Below are positions 9,801 through 18,888 of a stretch of 64,000 nt of DNA, one piece after another. Positions within the stretch are counted from its first letter, which is position 1. The number at the start of each line of letters is the position of its first letter. The translations under genes were made by a program, and so were the position numbers. The stretch covers positions 3,303,283-3,367,282 of the forward strand of contig OY759675.1 in NCBI GenBank assembly GCA_963662515.1, in the 5' to 3' direction. This DNA is from Sedimentisphaerales bacterium. GTDB taxonomy: Bacteria > Planctomycetota > Phycisphaerae > Sedimentisphaerales > SM23-30. The notes below the pieces were generated by a model, which did no database searches, was not told where the DNA came from, and saw nothing but the letters and a program-made list of their open reading frames with translations.

Positions 9801-11663
9801 CCATGCACCGGAAGCTGCAGTTATATTACCCATTCCCAAACTATCATCGGCCGAGGCGGTCAATTTCCCATTTACCAGCCACTGACCAGCAAACGAAGAA
9901 TTAGCAGCGGATAAGACAACCTCACCTCCAGCTGCAATTACAATATTACCCAGACCACTTATCTCAGATGCAATAGTTAAAGACGAATCAGTATCTGCAA
10001 ATACTATATACAGGTCACCAACCACCTCAATATTTCCATCAATAACACAATCACCACTAATAGTAAGCGTACCATCATCAACGAACAGGCCATCAATCAC
10101 CACTGCCTGGTCAGTCAGGAACAAGGTTCCATTCAGGGTTAATGCCTGACCAGCAAACACCGTATCTCCAACAGGAGCATATAGTTCACTATTGCATATA
10201 TAATTCGCTGCCGTCTGCATATCAGGCGTCATATTATCCGGCCAAATGCCAGGCGTATTCCAATTTTCACCCGGCAATGCAGCTCTTGCCTGAATGACCT
10301 GCTCTAAACCTATTCTGGCAACAGTATATAGCCCGGAAACAATGTCATCAGTAATTGCCTTATTATAAACATAAACCTCATCTAAAGCCCCTATAAAATA
10401 ATCAGTGGCACTACTGCGGCTATTGCGGCCTATAGTGAATCTATTGAGATGCGAGACAAAATTAACTTCATCTATATCTTCACTGACCAGCGTACCATCA
10501 ATATAAAGCCTGCGATCATTAATGGAATCAAAAACTGCAACAGCACTATGCCAGCCATCATCGTCCAACTCAAGCGGTGATTCAACCAGCCCAAGATCAA
10601 AATTGGTATTGCGGGCCGTAAGCATAGCCTTGCCACGCCTTACACCCGTCTGAAAATATTGATCACTGACATACTTATTACCCAACCAGCAGGCAGCATA
10701 AGTTGACTGCCCTTGTTCGGACACCTTAAACCAGTATGCCATGCTGAAAGGATAATCCGGTATATCTGCACAAATATCCGAAGATACACTTATGTAATTT
10801 GAACCATCAAAATAACAAGCTGAGCCTCTCACACCCTCGACCAGAGACAATACACCAGAAACAGTACTCTGATATCTCTGGGTATATTCTGAGCCAGTCA
10901 CAGAATCACAAGGCCAATAAGCGATCGCCTGATCGGCCAGATATAATCCTTTAACTTCAGTCAGCGAGAGAGCATGATCAAACACCCTCACTTCGTCCAG
11001 CGAGCCTTCCATAAAGTCTGTTGGACCGGTCTTACGGGCATTACATCCAAAAGTAACCATATCAAGCGAATCAGGAAAAGGACATAATGCCGAACCTGTA
11101 CCAGCAGCATAACCATCAATATACAATCTGCGGTCAACCTCCGAAGCAAAAACCGCAACCATATGATGCCACTTACTATCATCTACCAGCACACTGCTCT
11201 GAGTCAGACCGGTATCAAAATCACAATAAGGCTCATTCCTGCCGACCATTATCCCCCTCGACATTCGAGGGCCAACCTGAAAATACTGACTGAATGACTT
11301 GCTGTTACCCAGCCAGATGGCGGCATAAGTACTTGACGACTGACTTTCGACACGCACCCAACAGGAAATACTAAAAGGATAATTCTGTATATGTTCAGAC
11401 AATAATGCATTATCAATAACAACATAGCTACTATCAAAAGACAGGGCCATGCCCTTGATACCATTTGGGTCAGCAGTAACATTACCAACCACACTGCCAT
11501 CATAACTATTAACACCATCAGATACTACAGTGATATCGCCATCCGTTTCAAAGCCCCAATACCCCACCAGCCCGGCTTGAAGCGGGACAGCCAAAGCCAC
11601 CATTAACAGTAATATATATTTGAACAGTACAGCTTCATGATTTTTATAGGTCAAGTTCTTCAT
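6816..11663 (-). CDS. Secreted modular glycoside hydrolase: 2x LamG, beta-solenoid/passenger-like linker, Calx-beta-like domain, dockerin-like pair, C-terminal GH31
   Basis: LamG motifs WHHMVAVF/LDEVRVF; NWNIPQIVTV; ADLDNDHQVAIGDL..DDFAVLSKQW; GH31 VPVPFFMS, PKWAYG, WSGD, SHDLGGF, MRAHG, REPW, LYEDDG. Confidence 0.9.
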   Translation of the reverse strand: MKNLTYKNHEAVLFKYILLLMVALAVPLQAGLVGYWGFETDGDITVVSDGVNSYDGSVVGNVTADPNGIKGMALSFDSSYVVIDNALLSEHIQNYPFSISCWVRVESQSSSTYAAIWLGNSKSFSQYFQVGPRMSRGIMVGRNEPYCDFDTGLTQSSVLVDDSKWHHMVAVFASEVDRRLYIDGYAAGTGSALCPFPDSLDMVTFGCNARKTGPTDFMEGSLDEVRVFDHALSLTEVKGLYLADQAIAYWPCDSVTGSEYTQRYQSTVSGVLSLVEGVRGSACYFDGSNYISVSSDICADIPDYPFSMAYWFKVSEQGQSTYAACWLGNKYVSDQYFQTGVRRGKAMLTARNTNFDLGLVESPLELDDDGWHSAVAVFDSINDRRLYIDGTLVSEDIDEVNFVSHLNRFTIGRNSRSSATDYFIGALDEVYVYNKAITDDIVSGLYTVARIGLEQVIQARAALPGENWNTPGIWPDNMTPDMQTAANYICNSELYAPVGDTVFAGQALTLNGTLFLTDQAVVIDGLFVDDGTLTISGDCVIDGNIEVVGDLYIVFADTDSSLTIASEISGLGNIVIAAGGEVVLSAANSSFAGQWLVNGKLTASADDSLGMGNITAASGAWLDIDYDLLTTAGVALEDGSTTSIDQNVIIGSLVIDGQEMAYGNYSSLYLYQLYDNMFVEYAGGSGSVSVGPVLALMQHSDGATQVSEAGAVADTFSVVLAEQPAGQVTVAIDPQLVALTQNDIQLSGTVSPGQPLVLSFDSANWNIPQIVTVLPVVDGIVEPVELAGISSTIRYNDTVIGVAIPLLVEIFDSEPSGLLADLDNDHQVAIGDLYLLAQAWLQNAGFNLAGSSEIQLDDFAVLSKQWGTVSRPDALSGYTSHLVNGNEILFNCGLSQVKLTMCNSRMVRVQLAPDRQYRSDSHPDYFMVQKFNWPQVDFDVTDEGSYIKVATADMVVRAQKSPFGLQMYEADNTTLLAKDDDQQGMYWQNNVVGVKRIEGPGSGGKFGFGGGDHGNAGLLNKNGGFDQFTVTHGRVPVPFFMSTAGYGIFLNTVAKGTAFDASGGFATEDYLDYWFMAGPSFKSILADYSELTGKMALFPKWAYGFMLSKYGNDNATQAEFIDWINWLRFGGHPSDDGGGGWPIDCYVFDYGWRGAKWNPHRWDPARYPDLENMFAQADALGFHVGLHNNYGTPEADNGNFTDPVTADKWWQAHLNPVIAPGFGDWFWPDEFDVVGDNLMANRSAKVVHEKWLEYTTQQRPMFITRGGYAGHHYACAWSGDIENSISEMNKQIVNQQAVGLSGYPWFSHDLGGFKAKPSDNLYIRWVAEFGSFCSIMRAHGHDGREPWLYSANAQSILRKYLNLRYKLFPYIYTTAWQGYSAGIPMMRAMALEYQNDTVAWTKQNQYFWGDWFLVAPALSENATNVSVWIPAGDWYDYFKGTKYTGPQNITVSAQLDEIPVFVKAGAIIPTGPAIRYADELPLDEITLDIYPVIGNSTYTLYEDDGITRNYLIDNAYSLTQYDYENTGDIVRFVIGAAQVNAPELYSPVLPRDYYCRFNYTEAVPVLVTANSTTLNQYTDESSFRLAQSGWYFDSEANILWVKIVDDGDGCVLTIQ

Positions 11664-11784
11664 TTACGGGCCTTTCTCCTGCCGGCTTTGCTTATATATG
11701 CAAAAACAACCAATGCGATCTGGCACAGACCAGACCACATTGATCGCTTTGCTGAATTGATGTTTAACTATTTATAATGACTTA

Positions 11785-12597
11785 TCATCGTCTGCGTTTG
11801 AGGAACAAAGCAGCCAGGCCGAACATCGACAAGGCAGCAGGTTCCGGCACTAATACCGGAGCTGTAGTATCAAGCCTTATCTCATCGATAGTAGTGCTAT
11901 TTGCTCCGACAAAATTGGCTATGCCAATACGGTCAAACGAAAAACCTTCAAACAATGACAGGCCTATACCACCAGAGGTAAGATCTGTAGTGTCATCAGG
12001 ATTAAAATACACTGCCGCAAGATCATTATCCAGATCAAAGCGTACAACAAACAAATTAACACTGGCATTAAAATCAGAAAGTTTCACACTTTCTTTTCTG
12101 TTGCCGCCGATAGCAGATCTGGAAGTGGCATAAAATTCCTCATTACGCAAAGAAGGATTCGTACTGCTTCCTATTCCATCATCAGTACGCAAAATGCCTA
12201 TCTGAAACACCCTGCCCTGATCAGCATCTTTACCAGACTGCAACTCAAGAGCTGAGTACGGATCAGATTCAGCTGTTGTTCCTTGCATTAAGAAACTCAA
12301 GTACACGATGCCGGATTCGTACTTCTGATCCAGCATTCTCTGATAGCGGGTACCATCGCCGGGACTATAAGCAGCATTGCCGGACTCACCTGTTATGCTT
12401 CCATGATTTAACCCGGAAGAGCCGACAACATAATTTCCGCTATATCTCGAGTAGTTATTAGTCCAGGCACTAGTCCAGCCGGTGCCGCCATTGGCACCTA
12501 CAAGATTTCCTGCCTCATAGTCAAAACTTTCCATTACGCCTGCGCTAACACTGGCAGCGATAAACATTCCAATTAACACACTTAAAACTTTCTTCAT
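11785..12597 (-). CDS. PEP-CTERM sorting domain protein
   Basis: Signal peptide; C-terminal VPEPAALSMFGLAALFLKRRR. Confidence 0.9.
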   Translation of the reverse strand: MKKVLSVLIGMFIAASVSAGVMESFDYEAGNLVGANGGTGWTSAWTNNYSRYSGNYVVGSSGLNHGSITGESGNAAYSPGDGTRYQRMLDQKYESGIVYLSFLMQGTTAESDPYSALELQSGKDADQGRVFQIGILRTDDGIGSSTNPSLRNEEFYATSRSAIGGNRKESVKLSDFNASVNLFVVRFDLDNDLAAVYFNPDDTTDLTSGGIGLSLFEGFSFDRIGIANFVGANSTTIDEIRLDTTAPVLVPEPAALSMFGLAALFLKRRR

Positions 12598-12723
12598 TTT
12601 TCACCTCTGTGGTAAAATAGTATTTTACACATTTGCGAACCATTCGCAAAAGTAGATAGCACATGTAAATTGTACAAATTACCTGAATCTGTATTGTCCC
12701 ACTGCAATAATGACAATTCATTA

Positions 12724-14772
12724 TTACGGCAGACTATGACGAAGAGCAGAGCCGGGAATAACAGTAATAGTTGTTCCGCCATCAACACTCCAGCCAACTG
12801 AAAGGTTCTCACCGCCAACGGCCTGCTTACACAAAACCTCAACGAAATAATAGTTACCAGCAACCATCGGTATTGCTACAGATGCCTGCTCAGGATACTT
12901 TGTCCACTCATCGCCATTTGTCCAAACCGGCACTGAAGCGATATGGTTTGCTAATGCCGGATCAGTATCCACCGGCTGAGTATTACCACTGACAAATAAT
13001 CTGGACATATCATCAGAAGCAATATAGAAGGTATAATTACCATTGGCTGGAGGAACAATGTAACCAGTTATCCGCTGGCCGGAATTGTTACCATTAACCC
13101 TGCATCTGAACTCATCTGTTACAAAGTAAGAAAAATGTGCAGGCTCGAGATATACAGGCGAACTAAGTAAATCATCTACCATCTCACCTTCAATACCGGT
13201 CCAGACCTCCGCTACCAGAGAATTATCAGTATCAGGGTCCGTTACAGTGCCGGTATAGGTCGCACTTTCCTGCATTGAAGTTGAATTGAGCCATTCAGCG
13301 GCAAAAACAGCAAAGTCATTTATATCGACCAGACAATCAGAATTACGGTCATAATAATTTGCCTGCCAGGTTCCTGTAAGTTTTGCCGCCTGACAACTAT
13401 CAGCAAATACCCTTATCTCCATCTGGTCAGTAACCGGGCCGTTGGCATCAGTAACAGTCAGTTTCAATACATATACTCCCGCCTGACTTACAGATACCGT
13501 AGTATTAAGACTGGCAGCATTAGCGATTACCACCTTATCGGTCGGTCCACCATCAAGTGCAACCTCATAAGCCTCCCATAATACTGAGACCGGACTGGTA
13601 CCATCATCATCTACCACACCATTAAGGGTCAGGGCTGAGGCCAGCTCAACTGTCGTCAGAATATTATCACCGGCATCAATAACTGGTGGAGTATCCTGCA
13701 TCTTTGTCTTGAACGACCATGCTTTGCTATCAATAACACCAGTTGAATTGTTATCATATACAACCTGAGCACTGACACGCCAGAAATAATCAGTATTGTA
13801 AGCCAGACCTGATGGTACTGTTATAGAAGTCAGATCACCGGCAATAGCATTATTATAGTAATCCAGCTGAGCAACATTTGCATTTATAACATTTAACTCA
13901 TTTGGATCCACGAAAATAGTATAGCTTGTTATAGAAGCCAGATTTGGGTCAACAGGAGCAGTCCATGCAAAAACCATATTAGCTGGCTCAATACCCTGCG
14001 CTCCAATTGATGGAGCAATACAATCAATACCAGTATCATCAACCACGATCTCATCAATATAGGTTGCATTGGCACCGACGAAATTCGCCAGACCAATACG
14101 GTCAAATGAAAAACCGCTGAACAGGGCTATCTCAGTTCCGCCAGCACTCAGATCAGTTGCTGCCGTCGGGTCAAAGTGTATCCAGGCAATGTCCTGATCC
14201 AGATCAAAACGAACTACGAATCGGTGGGTATTACTGTCAAAGCCGGCGATTTTCACAGAGCTTAACCGGCCGCCGCCCTTGCCATTTCTAACTGTGGCAA
14301 AAAACTCTTCATTACGGTTGACCGGATTATCATTTCCGATACCATCATCTTTTCTTAAAATACCTATTTGAAACACACGACCCGGGTCAGCGTCAACACC
14401 TGACTGTAATTCCAAAGCAGTATATGGATCATCAACTGCTGAAGTACCTTTCATCAGAAAACTCAAATACACAACTCCACTATCATACACCTTGTCAAGT
14501 GTGCGCTGATACCTGGTGCCATCGCCGGGAGTATATGCCGCATTACCAGATTCACTGCCAGACAAACTTATATGCGTTAAGCCTGGTGCACCTACTACAT
14601 AATTACCGCCGTTTCGTGAGGACTGATTTCGCCAGGGGCTCATCCAGCCGCTACCGCCATCCATACCGGTCAAAACACCAACCTCATAGTCAAATGACTC
14701 TGACACATCAGCCTGCACACCAGCACAAATCATTAACAGGCCAAGTGAACATAATAACCTTCCAAATCTCAT
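12724..14772 (-). CDS. Secreted protein: N-terminal domain paralogous to the PEP-CTERM protein, PKD/K319-like domain, dockerin-like motif, C-terminal PA14
   Basis: Start re-called at 14772 (GGAGGT RBS, MRFGRLL signal peptide); AGVYVLKLTVTD; YDRNSDCLVDINDFAVFAAEWL; GNYTFYIASDDMSRLFVS (PA14). Confidence 0.8.
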   Translation of the reverse strand: MRFGRLLCSLGLLMICAGVQADVSESFDYEVGVLTGMDGGSGWMSPWRNQSSRNGGNYVVGAPGLTHISLSGSESGNAAYTPGDGTRYQRTLDKVYDSGVVYLSFLMKGTSAVDDPYTALELQSGVDADPGRVFQIGILRKDDGIGNDNPVNRNEEFFATVRNGKGGGRLSSVKIAGFDSNTHRFVVRFDLDQDIAWIHFDPTAATDLSAGGTEIALFSGFSFDRIGLANFVGANATYIDEIVVDDTGIDCIAPSIGAQGIEPANMVFAWTAPVDPNLASITSYTIFVDPNELNVINANVAQLDYYNNAIAGDLTSITVPSGLAYNTDYFWRVSAQVVYDNNSTGVIDSKAWSFKTKMQDTPPVIDAGDNILTTVELASALTLNGVVDDDGTSPVSVLWEAYEVALDGGPTDKVVIANAASLNTTVSVSQAGVYVLKLTVTDANGPVTDQMEIRVFADSCQAAKLTGTWQANYYDRNSDCLVDINDFAVFAAEWLNSTSMQESATYTGTVTDPDTDNSLVAEVWTGIEGEMVDDLLSSPVYLEPAHFSYFVTDEFRCRVNGNNSGQRITGYIVPPANGNYTFYIASDDMSRLFVSGNTQPVDTDPALANHIASVPVWTNGDEWTKYPEQASVAIPMVAGNYYFVEVLCKQAVGGENLSVGWSVDGGTTITVIPGSALRHSLP

Positions 14773-14940
14773 GATTACCTCCGATAAACTTCTTCTATTA
14801 ACTATATCCATTACATCAGGATAACTCTTCTCATATCTTGCACACTTATCATATTGCCATACGCGCGGACATTCTCCGGGCTGCAAAGCTGCTTATTTCT
14901 TTGCAGATATACTTTTTTTAGTGATAAAAACAGAATTATT

Positions 14941-16608
14941 TTATTGATCAGCACACATTCGTATATGGTCCCATTTTTCAGTAACCATAAGATTATCTGC
15001 TACAACCTTCTCTGAATACACACTGATCGCTATATGACTTAAATAATAACGAGCGTTAGTTTTACCAGCCACCATTTGTGACGGATCTATATCAACATAA
15101 TATTGGTATATCATATCAGCTTCTTCGGGGAATTTATTATTACTTATATCATAATACCCCAATGACACCGTACATTTTAGCGGAGAATATGGCGTTATTT
15201 TCATAACACACAGATATTGAGTATCCGCCGCCATTGCCTCTCCCACATTGCCTGATGGCGGCACAACCACATTTATACCATTTCTGACATATTGTAAATT
15301 TACACCTCGATCCAGATCGAAGCAGCCTTCCAGTATGCCCGTACTGACATTATCATCATTTATCTCACTTAAAGTCAGGGTCAGATCTTTATTATTGTCT
15401 GCCCCTTCGCGGTCTTGCCACTTGATTATAGCACTGACATAAAGCGGAGCTGTCATTCTGGCCAGGTCATAAACCACAGGCAATGAACAGCCTGCACCGC
15501 CAACCAGTGCTTCTCTTTTAACACCCAGCAATCCATTTGCACCTACCAGCCCCGTATCAACTACATCAGGACCTTTTCTGTGCGACTGCGTCGTAGTCCA
15601 GCCGGCATTATTCAATATCGGCCCTGAAGCAAAAGATTCAAAACCCTCAAAAAAGATCGGATCGCTCACATCTCTCTTAAAATCATCTTTAAATGCAATT
15701 GTACTTATCAGGTCACTGCCGTTTTCCACAGCAACAGCCTGCCCTGCCTGTAAATAGCGGGTAGATGCCTGCCTTGACTGATCAGGGGTGGTACTCAGAA
15801 CAACCTGGCCTTTGTACACATGCAATTGGCTGTCGCCTCTGCCATTAACCTCAACACCAAACTCTGTGCCAATATCGATAAGTATGGAACTTGGCGTTTT
15901 GACCGTAAAGCCTTTACAGTAATAATCAACGCTTGTGTATAAGCGTCCCCTATTAAGATTTATAACATTTTCTGTTCCGATCTGGAATTCTGCCGGACCT
16001 TCAATAACAACCTGGGCGCCATAATCATAGTCTAACTTGACCCGCCCGCTTTCCAGAGAAAATATCTGACTATGAGTATTAAGTCTGGCACCTACAACTA
16101 AACAACCAGATAAATTTGACTTTAGTGACTCTGAAACCTCAATAATAGTGGCTGTTGGCACAGATGGCTTAGCCGGGTTAATATTTACATACAACAAAAA
16201 TGCAAACAATAAAACCGCGGCAACAGATATGACGGCACTATATATTTTATAAAAGTCATCCAGACGGAATAACTTACTGCCTGCAGAGACTGATAGCTTG
16301 GCTGGCTTTTTCAACTCTACCGGCCGAATGATCTCCAGCTCCGGCGCACTTGCCTCCTGTTCGGCCAGCTGTTCCAATGTGCTATTCAAAGAATCAAGGT
16401 TATGGTTATAATTGACTTTCTTTTCAATTATAACATCAAGTCCGGCATATAAAGCCAGAAACGACCGATAATATAACCGGGCACGCGAATCAGATATCAA
16501 TATACCTTCAAGTTTAGTTATATCTTCTCGAGAGATAGTACCATCTAATGCCTGCAATATCAGCAGACGCAACTCTCGAAACTCATTATGATTGGACATA
16601 ATACTCAT
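14941..16608 (-). CDS. FecR-domain anti-sigma factor
   Basis: N-terminal LDGTISREDITKLE..ARLYY, TM helix, FTVKTP..IDIGTEFGV..LHVYKGQV; overlaps the ECF stop (ATGA). Confidence 0.85.
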   Translation of the reverse strand: MSIMSNHNEFRELRLLILQALDGTISREDITKLEGILISDSRARLYYRSFLALYAGLDVIIEKKVNYNHNLDSLNSTLEQLAEQEASAPELEIIRPVELKKPAKLSVSAGSKLFRLDDFYKIYSAVISVAAVLLFAFLLYVNINPAKPSVPTATIIEVSESLKSNLSGCLVVGARLNTHSQIFSLESGRVKLDYDYGAQVVIEGPAEFQIGTENVINLNRGRLYTSVDYYCKGFTVKTPSSILIDIGTEFGVEVNGRGDSQLHVYKGQVVLSTTPDQSRQASTRYLQAGQAVAVENGSDLISTIAFKDDFKRDVSDPIFFEGFESFASGPILNNAGWTTTQSHRKGPDVVDTGLVGANGLLGVKREALVGGAGCSLPVVYDLARMTAPLYVSAIIKWQDREGADNNKDLTLTLSEINDDNVSTGILEGCFDLDRGVNLQYVRNGINVVVPPSGNVGEAMAADTQYLCVMKITPYSPLKCTVSLGYYDISNNKFPEEADMIYQYYVDIDPSQMVAGKTNARYYLSHIAISVYSEKVVADNLMVTEKWDHIRMCADQ

Positions 16609-17132
16609 ATTTCACCCAATCCTATCGCCCGGCGAACACAACCTAACAATAATGAAAAAATTCGTGACTCATTGCGATAGATCGTGTTCATTGCAACTCC
16701 ATTTTCCTTCGATAGCACCTTAGCTGTCTTATTCAACTCAAACCGCGACTTTAATAGAGCCTGATCCTTCTCGTCCAATTTACCCAGACATTGCCTCAGG
16801 GCATCCAGCCGGGCATCGTCCTTTTCCAACGGATTGCGAGAATCTTCCACCAGCACCGCCAGCAGTTCAGAACTGAGCTCAATTCGTGAATTATAATCCT
16901 TGCGATATTTTAATACCTGAAAACGAGCTATAGTAGTAGCCCAGGCCACAAAGTTCGTGCCTGATTCAAACTGATCGAACTTCTCCCACATTACCCGCGA
17001 AGTCTCCTGCATGACATCCTCCGCCTCAATAGCATTAGGGATCAGCGACAATATGGTGTATTTAATGCGATTGTAATTCAAACTATACAATTCCACGAAA
17101 CCACTTCTATTGTCAAGTTCACGATTCTCCAT
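16605..17132 (-). CDS. ECF RNA polymerase sigma factor (Rhodopirellula/Verrucomicrobium type)
   Basis: AEDVMQET..WEKFDQF..GTNFVAWATTIARFQV; LRQCLGKL. Confidence 0.9.
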   Translation of the reverse strand: MENRELDNRSGFVELYSLNYNRIKYTILSLIPNAIEAEDVMQETSRVMWEKFDQFESGTNFVAWATTIARFQVLKYRKDYNSRIELSSELLAVLVEDSRNPLEKDDARLDALRQCLGKLDEKDQALLKSRFELNKTAKVLSKENGVAMNTIYRNESRIFSLLLGCVRRAIGLGEI

Positions 17133-17329
17133 ATTATTATTCTCTGCTAATTAATATCGCAAGTTTGCATTTTCACACATTTTTCTCTTAAAATATAATA
17201 TCACCAACCGCAACAAAACGCCCCGCAATAACGATAACCACTTAATAAGAAGAGAGTTAAAGCAAAAAATAATTTAAAACACGACTAACACCCAACTAAT
17301 TTATATACAACTCAAAACAGCAAATAAAA

Positions 17330-17362
17330 AAAACTCTGTAAGTTATTTACCTACAGAGTTTT
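17330..17362 (-). terminator. Terminator after tRNA-Val
   Basis: aaaactctgta / tacagagtttt. Confidence 0.7.
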
Positions 17363-17367
17363 CATAA

Positions 17368-17441
17368 TGGGCAGTACAGGGCTCGAACCTGTGACCCCCT
17401 GCTTGTAAGGCAGGTGCTCTAGCCAACTGAGCTAACCGCCC
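17368..17441 (-). tRNA. tRNA-Val(TAC)
   Basis: GGGCGGTTAGCTCAG..CCTGC-CTTACAA-GCAGG..GGTTCGAGCCC..CTGCCCA; promoter TTGACA-N17-TAATAT at 17476-17504. Confidence 0.95.
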
Positions 17442-17774
17442 TTGTCAATTCCTGCGAATTTCACAAGAGATGAGTATATTAGCTAAAGCAGGTATTTATG
17501 TCAAGCAGATAAACCATTTTTTTTGGGATAAAAAATTATTAATAGATATCCTGGCTTCGATAATAGAGATAGTCACCATCAGTAACAGAGATATATGCAA
17601 GACTCTGGCATATTGATCGCCCACACATTCTCAAAGTGGTTATTTTTTCGCAATTTTAAGGCAAGAAGAATGTACGCTTAAACGACACAACCGCTACATA
17701 CATAACAACTTATACGCGCACACCTCCAAATAAGCAACAAAAGCATCAAATTATTTCTATCAGGCCTGCCTTTA

Positions 17775-17783
17775 TGCTATAAT
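17775..17783 (+). promoter_or_regulatory. Extended -10 promoter for the beta-helix cluster
   Basis: TGCTATAAT about 90 nt upstream of the GGAGA RBS/ATG 17870. Confidence 0.5.
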
Positions 17784-17869
17784 GCAACATTGGATTCAAT
17801 AACTGGGAGGTACACTTCCGGGGTATAATTAAGAAATACAATTAGTTAATAACTGGAGAACTTATATAA

Positions 17870-18877
17870 ATGAGAACTATGATCATAAAAAGTCTGGCAA
17901 TATTAGCGTTAGCAGCAGGCATGTCTTACGCCGGGTCGCTGGAACCAACCGTGGCCCCTACCGCCGGGACAATGAAAACACTGGACCAGATCGAAGCCCG
18001 TCGGCCATTACAAAGTATTGGGGGCACAACAAATCAAATGTACCTTATCACATCCAGCGGCTCGTATTACCTGACCGGAAATATAGTGTGCACAAACGCA
18101 GATCAGACTATAATAACCATCAATGCTAATAATGTTAAGCTGGACCTGAACGGCTTTACCATCAGCCGCTATGTAGAGAGTGCGTACAACGCCATAACGA
18201 TCGGTTCCAGCCGAACAAATGTCGAGATATATAACGGTTCTATAATTGGCTCCAGTACGGTCGGCGCTTTTGCTAACGGCATATCAAACCAAGGCACACT
18301 AACGACACAAGTAGTTGACCTGAAGGTAAATAATGTTGTCATTAAATATGTATCAAATAATGGTATTTCAATTACCGGCATAAACAGTACAATCGAGAAC
18401 TGCACGGCTGAAAACTGCGGACAAATTGGCATAAATACAAATGACAGCAGCATAATAAGGAACTGCAGAGTTGCCCTGAATGGCAGCTATGGAATAGCTA
18501 CGACCAGTAAGTGCATGATAGAAAAGAACATTATCAGGGATAATGGTTCCAGTGGTCTTTACTGTCTACACTATAATATAATAACAGGTAATTGCTGCTC
18601 AGATAATGTTGGATTCGGTCTTCAAACAGGTTCGATCAACATCATAAAAGACAATATAGTATGCAGAACCGAAGAAGTCGCAACCGGAACAACTGCAGGA
18701 ATATACGCCCTGGCTGGCAGCACAATCATAAACAACAACGTCTCAAGCAATTCAGGCTACGGCATCTGGAGTATACAGCATTGCCAGATAAGAAACAATA
18801 CCTGCATATCAAACACCAGCCGTGATATATACCCCACCAGTACAGGCATCATTGAAGACAACTACACTATTAACTAA
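17870..18877 (+). CDS. Secreted right-handed parallel beta-helix repeat protein
   Basis: Signal peptide; GSYYLTGNI..NVKLDLNGFTI; many N-x-x-x-G-I repeats. Confidence 0.85.
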   Translation: MRTMIIKSLAILALAAGMSYAGSLEPTVAPTAGTMKTLDQIEARRPLQSIGGTTNQMYLITSSGSYYLTGNIVCTNADQTIITINANNVKLDLNGFTISRYVESAYNAITIGSSRTNVEIYNGSIIGSSTVGAFANGISNQGTLTTQVVDLKVNNVVIKYVSNNGISITGINSTIENCTAENCGQIGINTNDSSIIRNCRVALNGSYGIATTSKCMIEKNIIRDNGSSGLYCLHYNIITGNCCSDNVGFGLQTGSINIIKDNIVCRTEEVATGTTAGIYALAGSTIINNNVSSNSGYGIWSIQHCQIRNNTCISNTSRDIYPTSTGIIEDNYTIN

Positions 18878-18888
18878 GGATACAAGAA

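Noticed and set aside
12632-12650. Palindrome tttgcgaa-cca-ttcgcaaa upstream of the PEP-CTERM gene
   Set aside because: Single occurrence; cannot distinguish an operator from an mRNA-stabilising hairpin or chance
14773-14886. Longer N-terminus of the PA14 protein
   Set aside because: RBS and signal peptide fit a start at 14772
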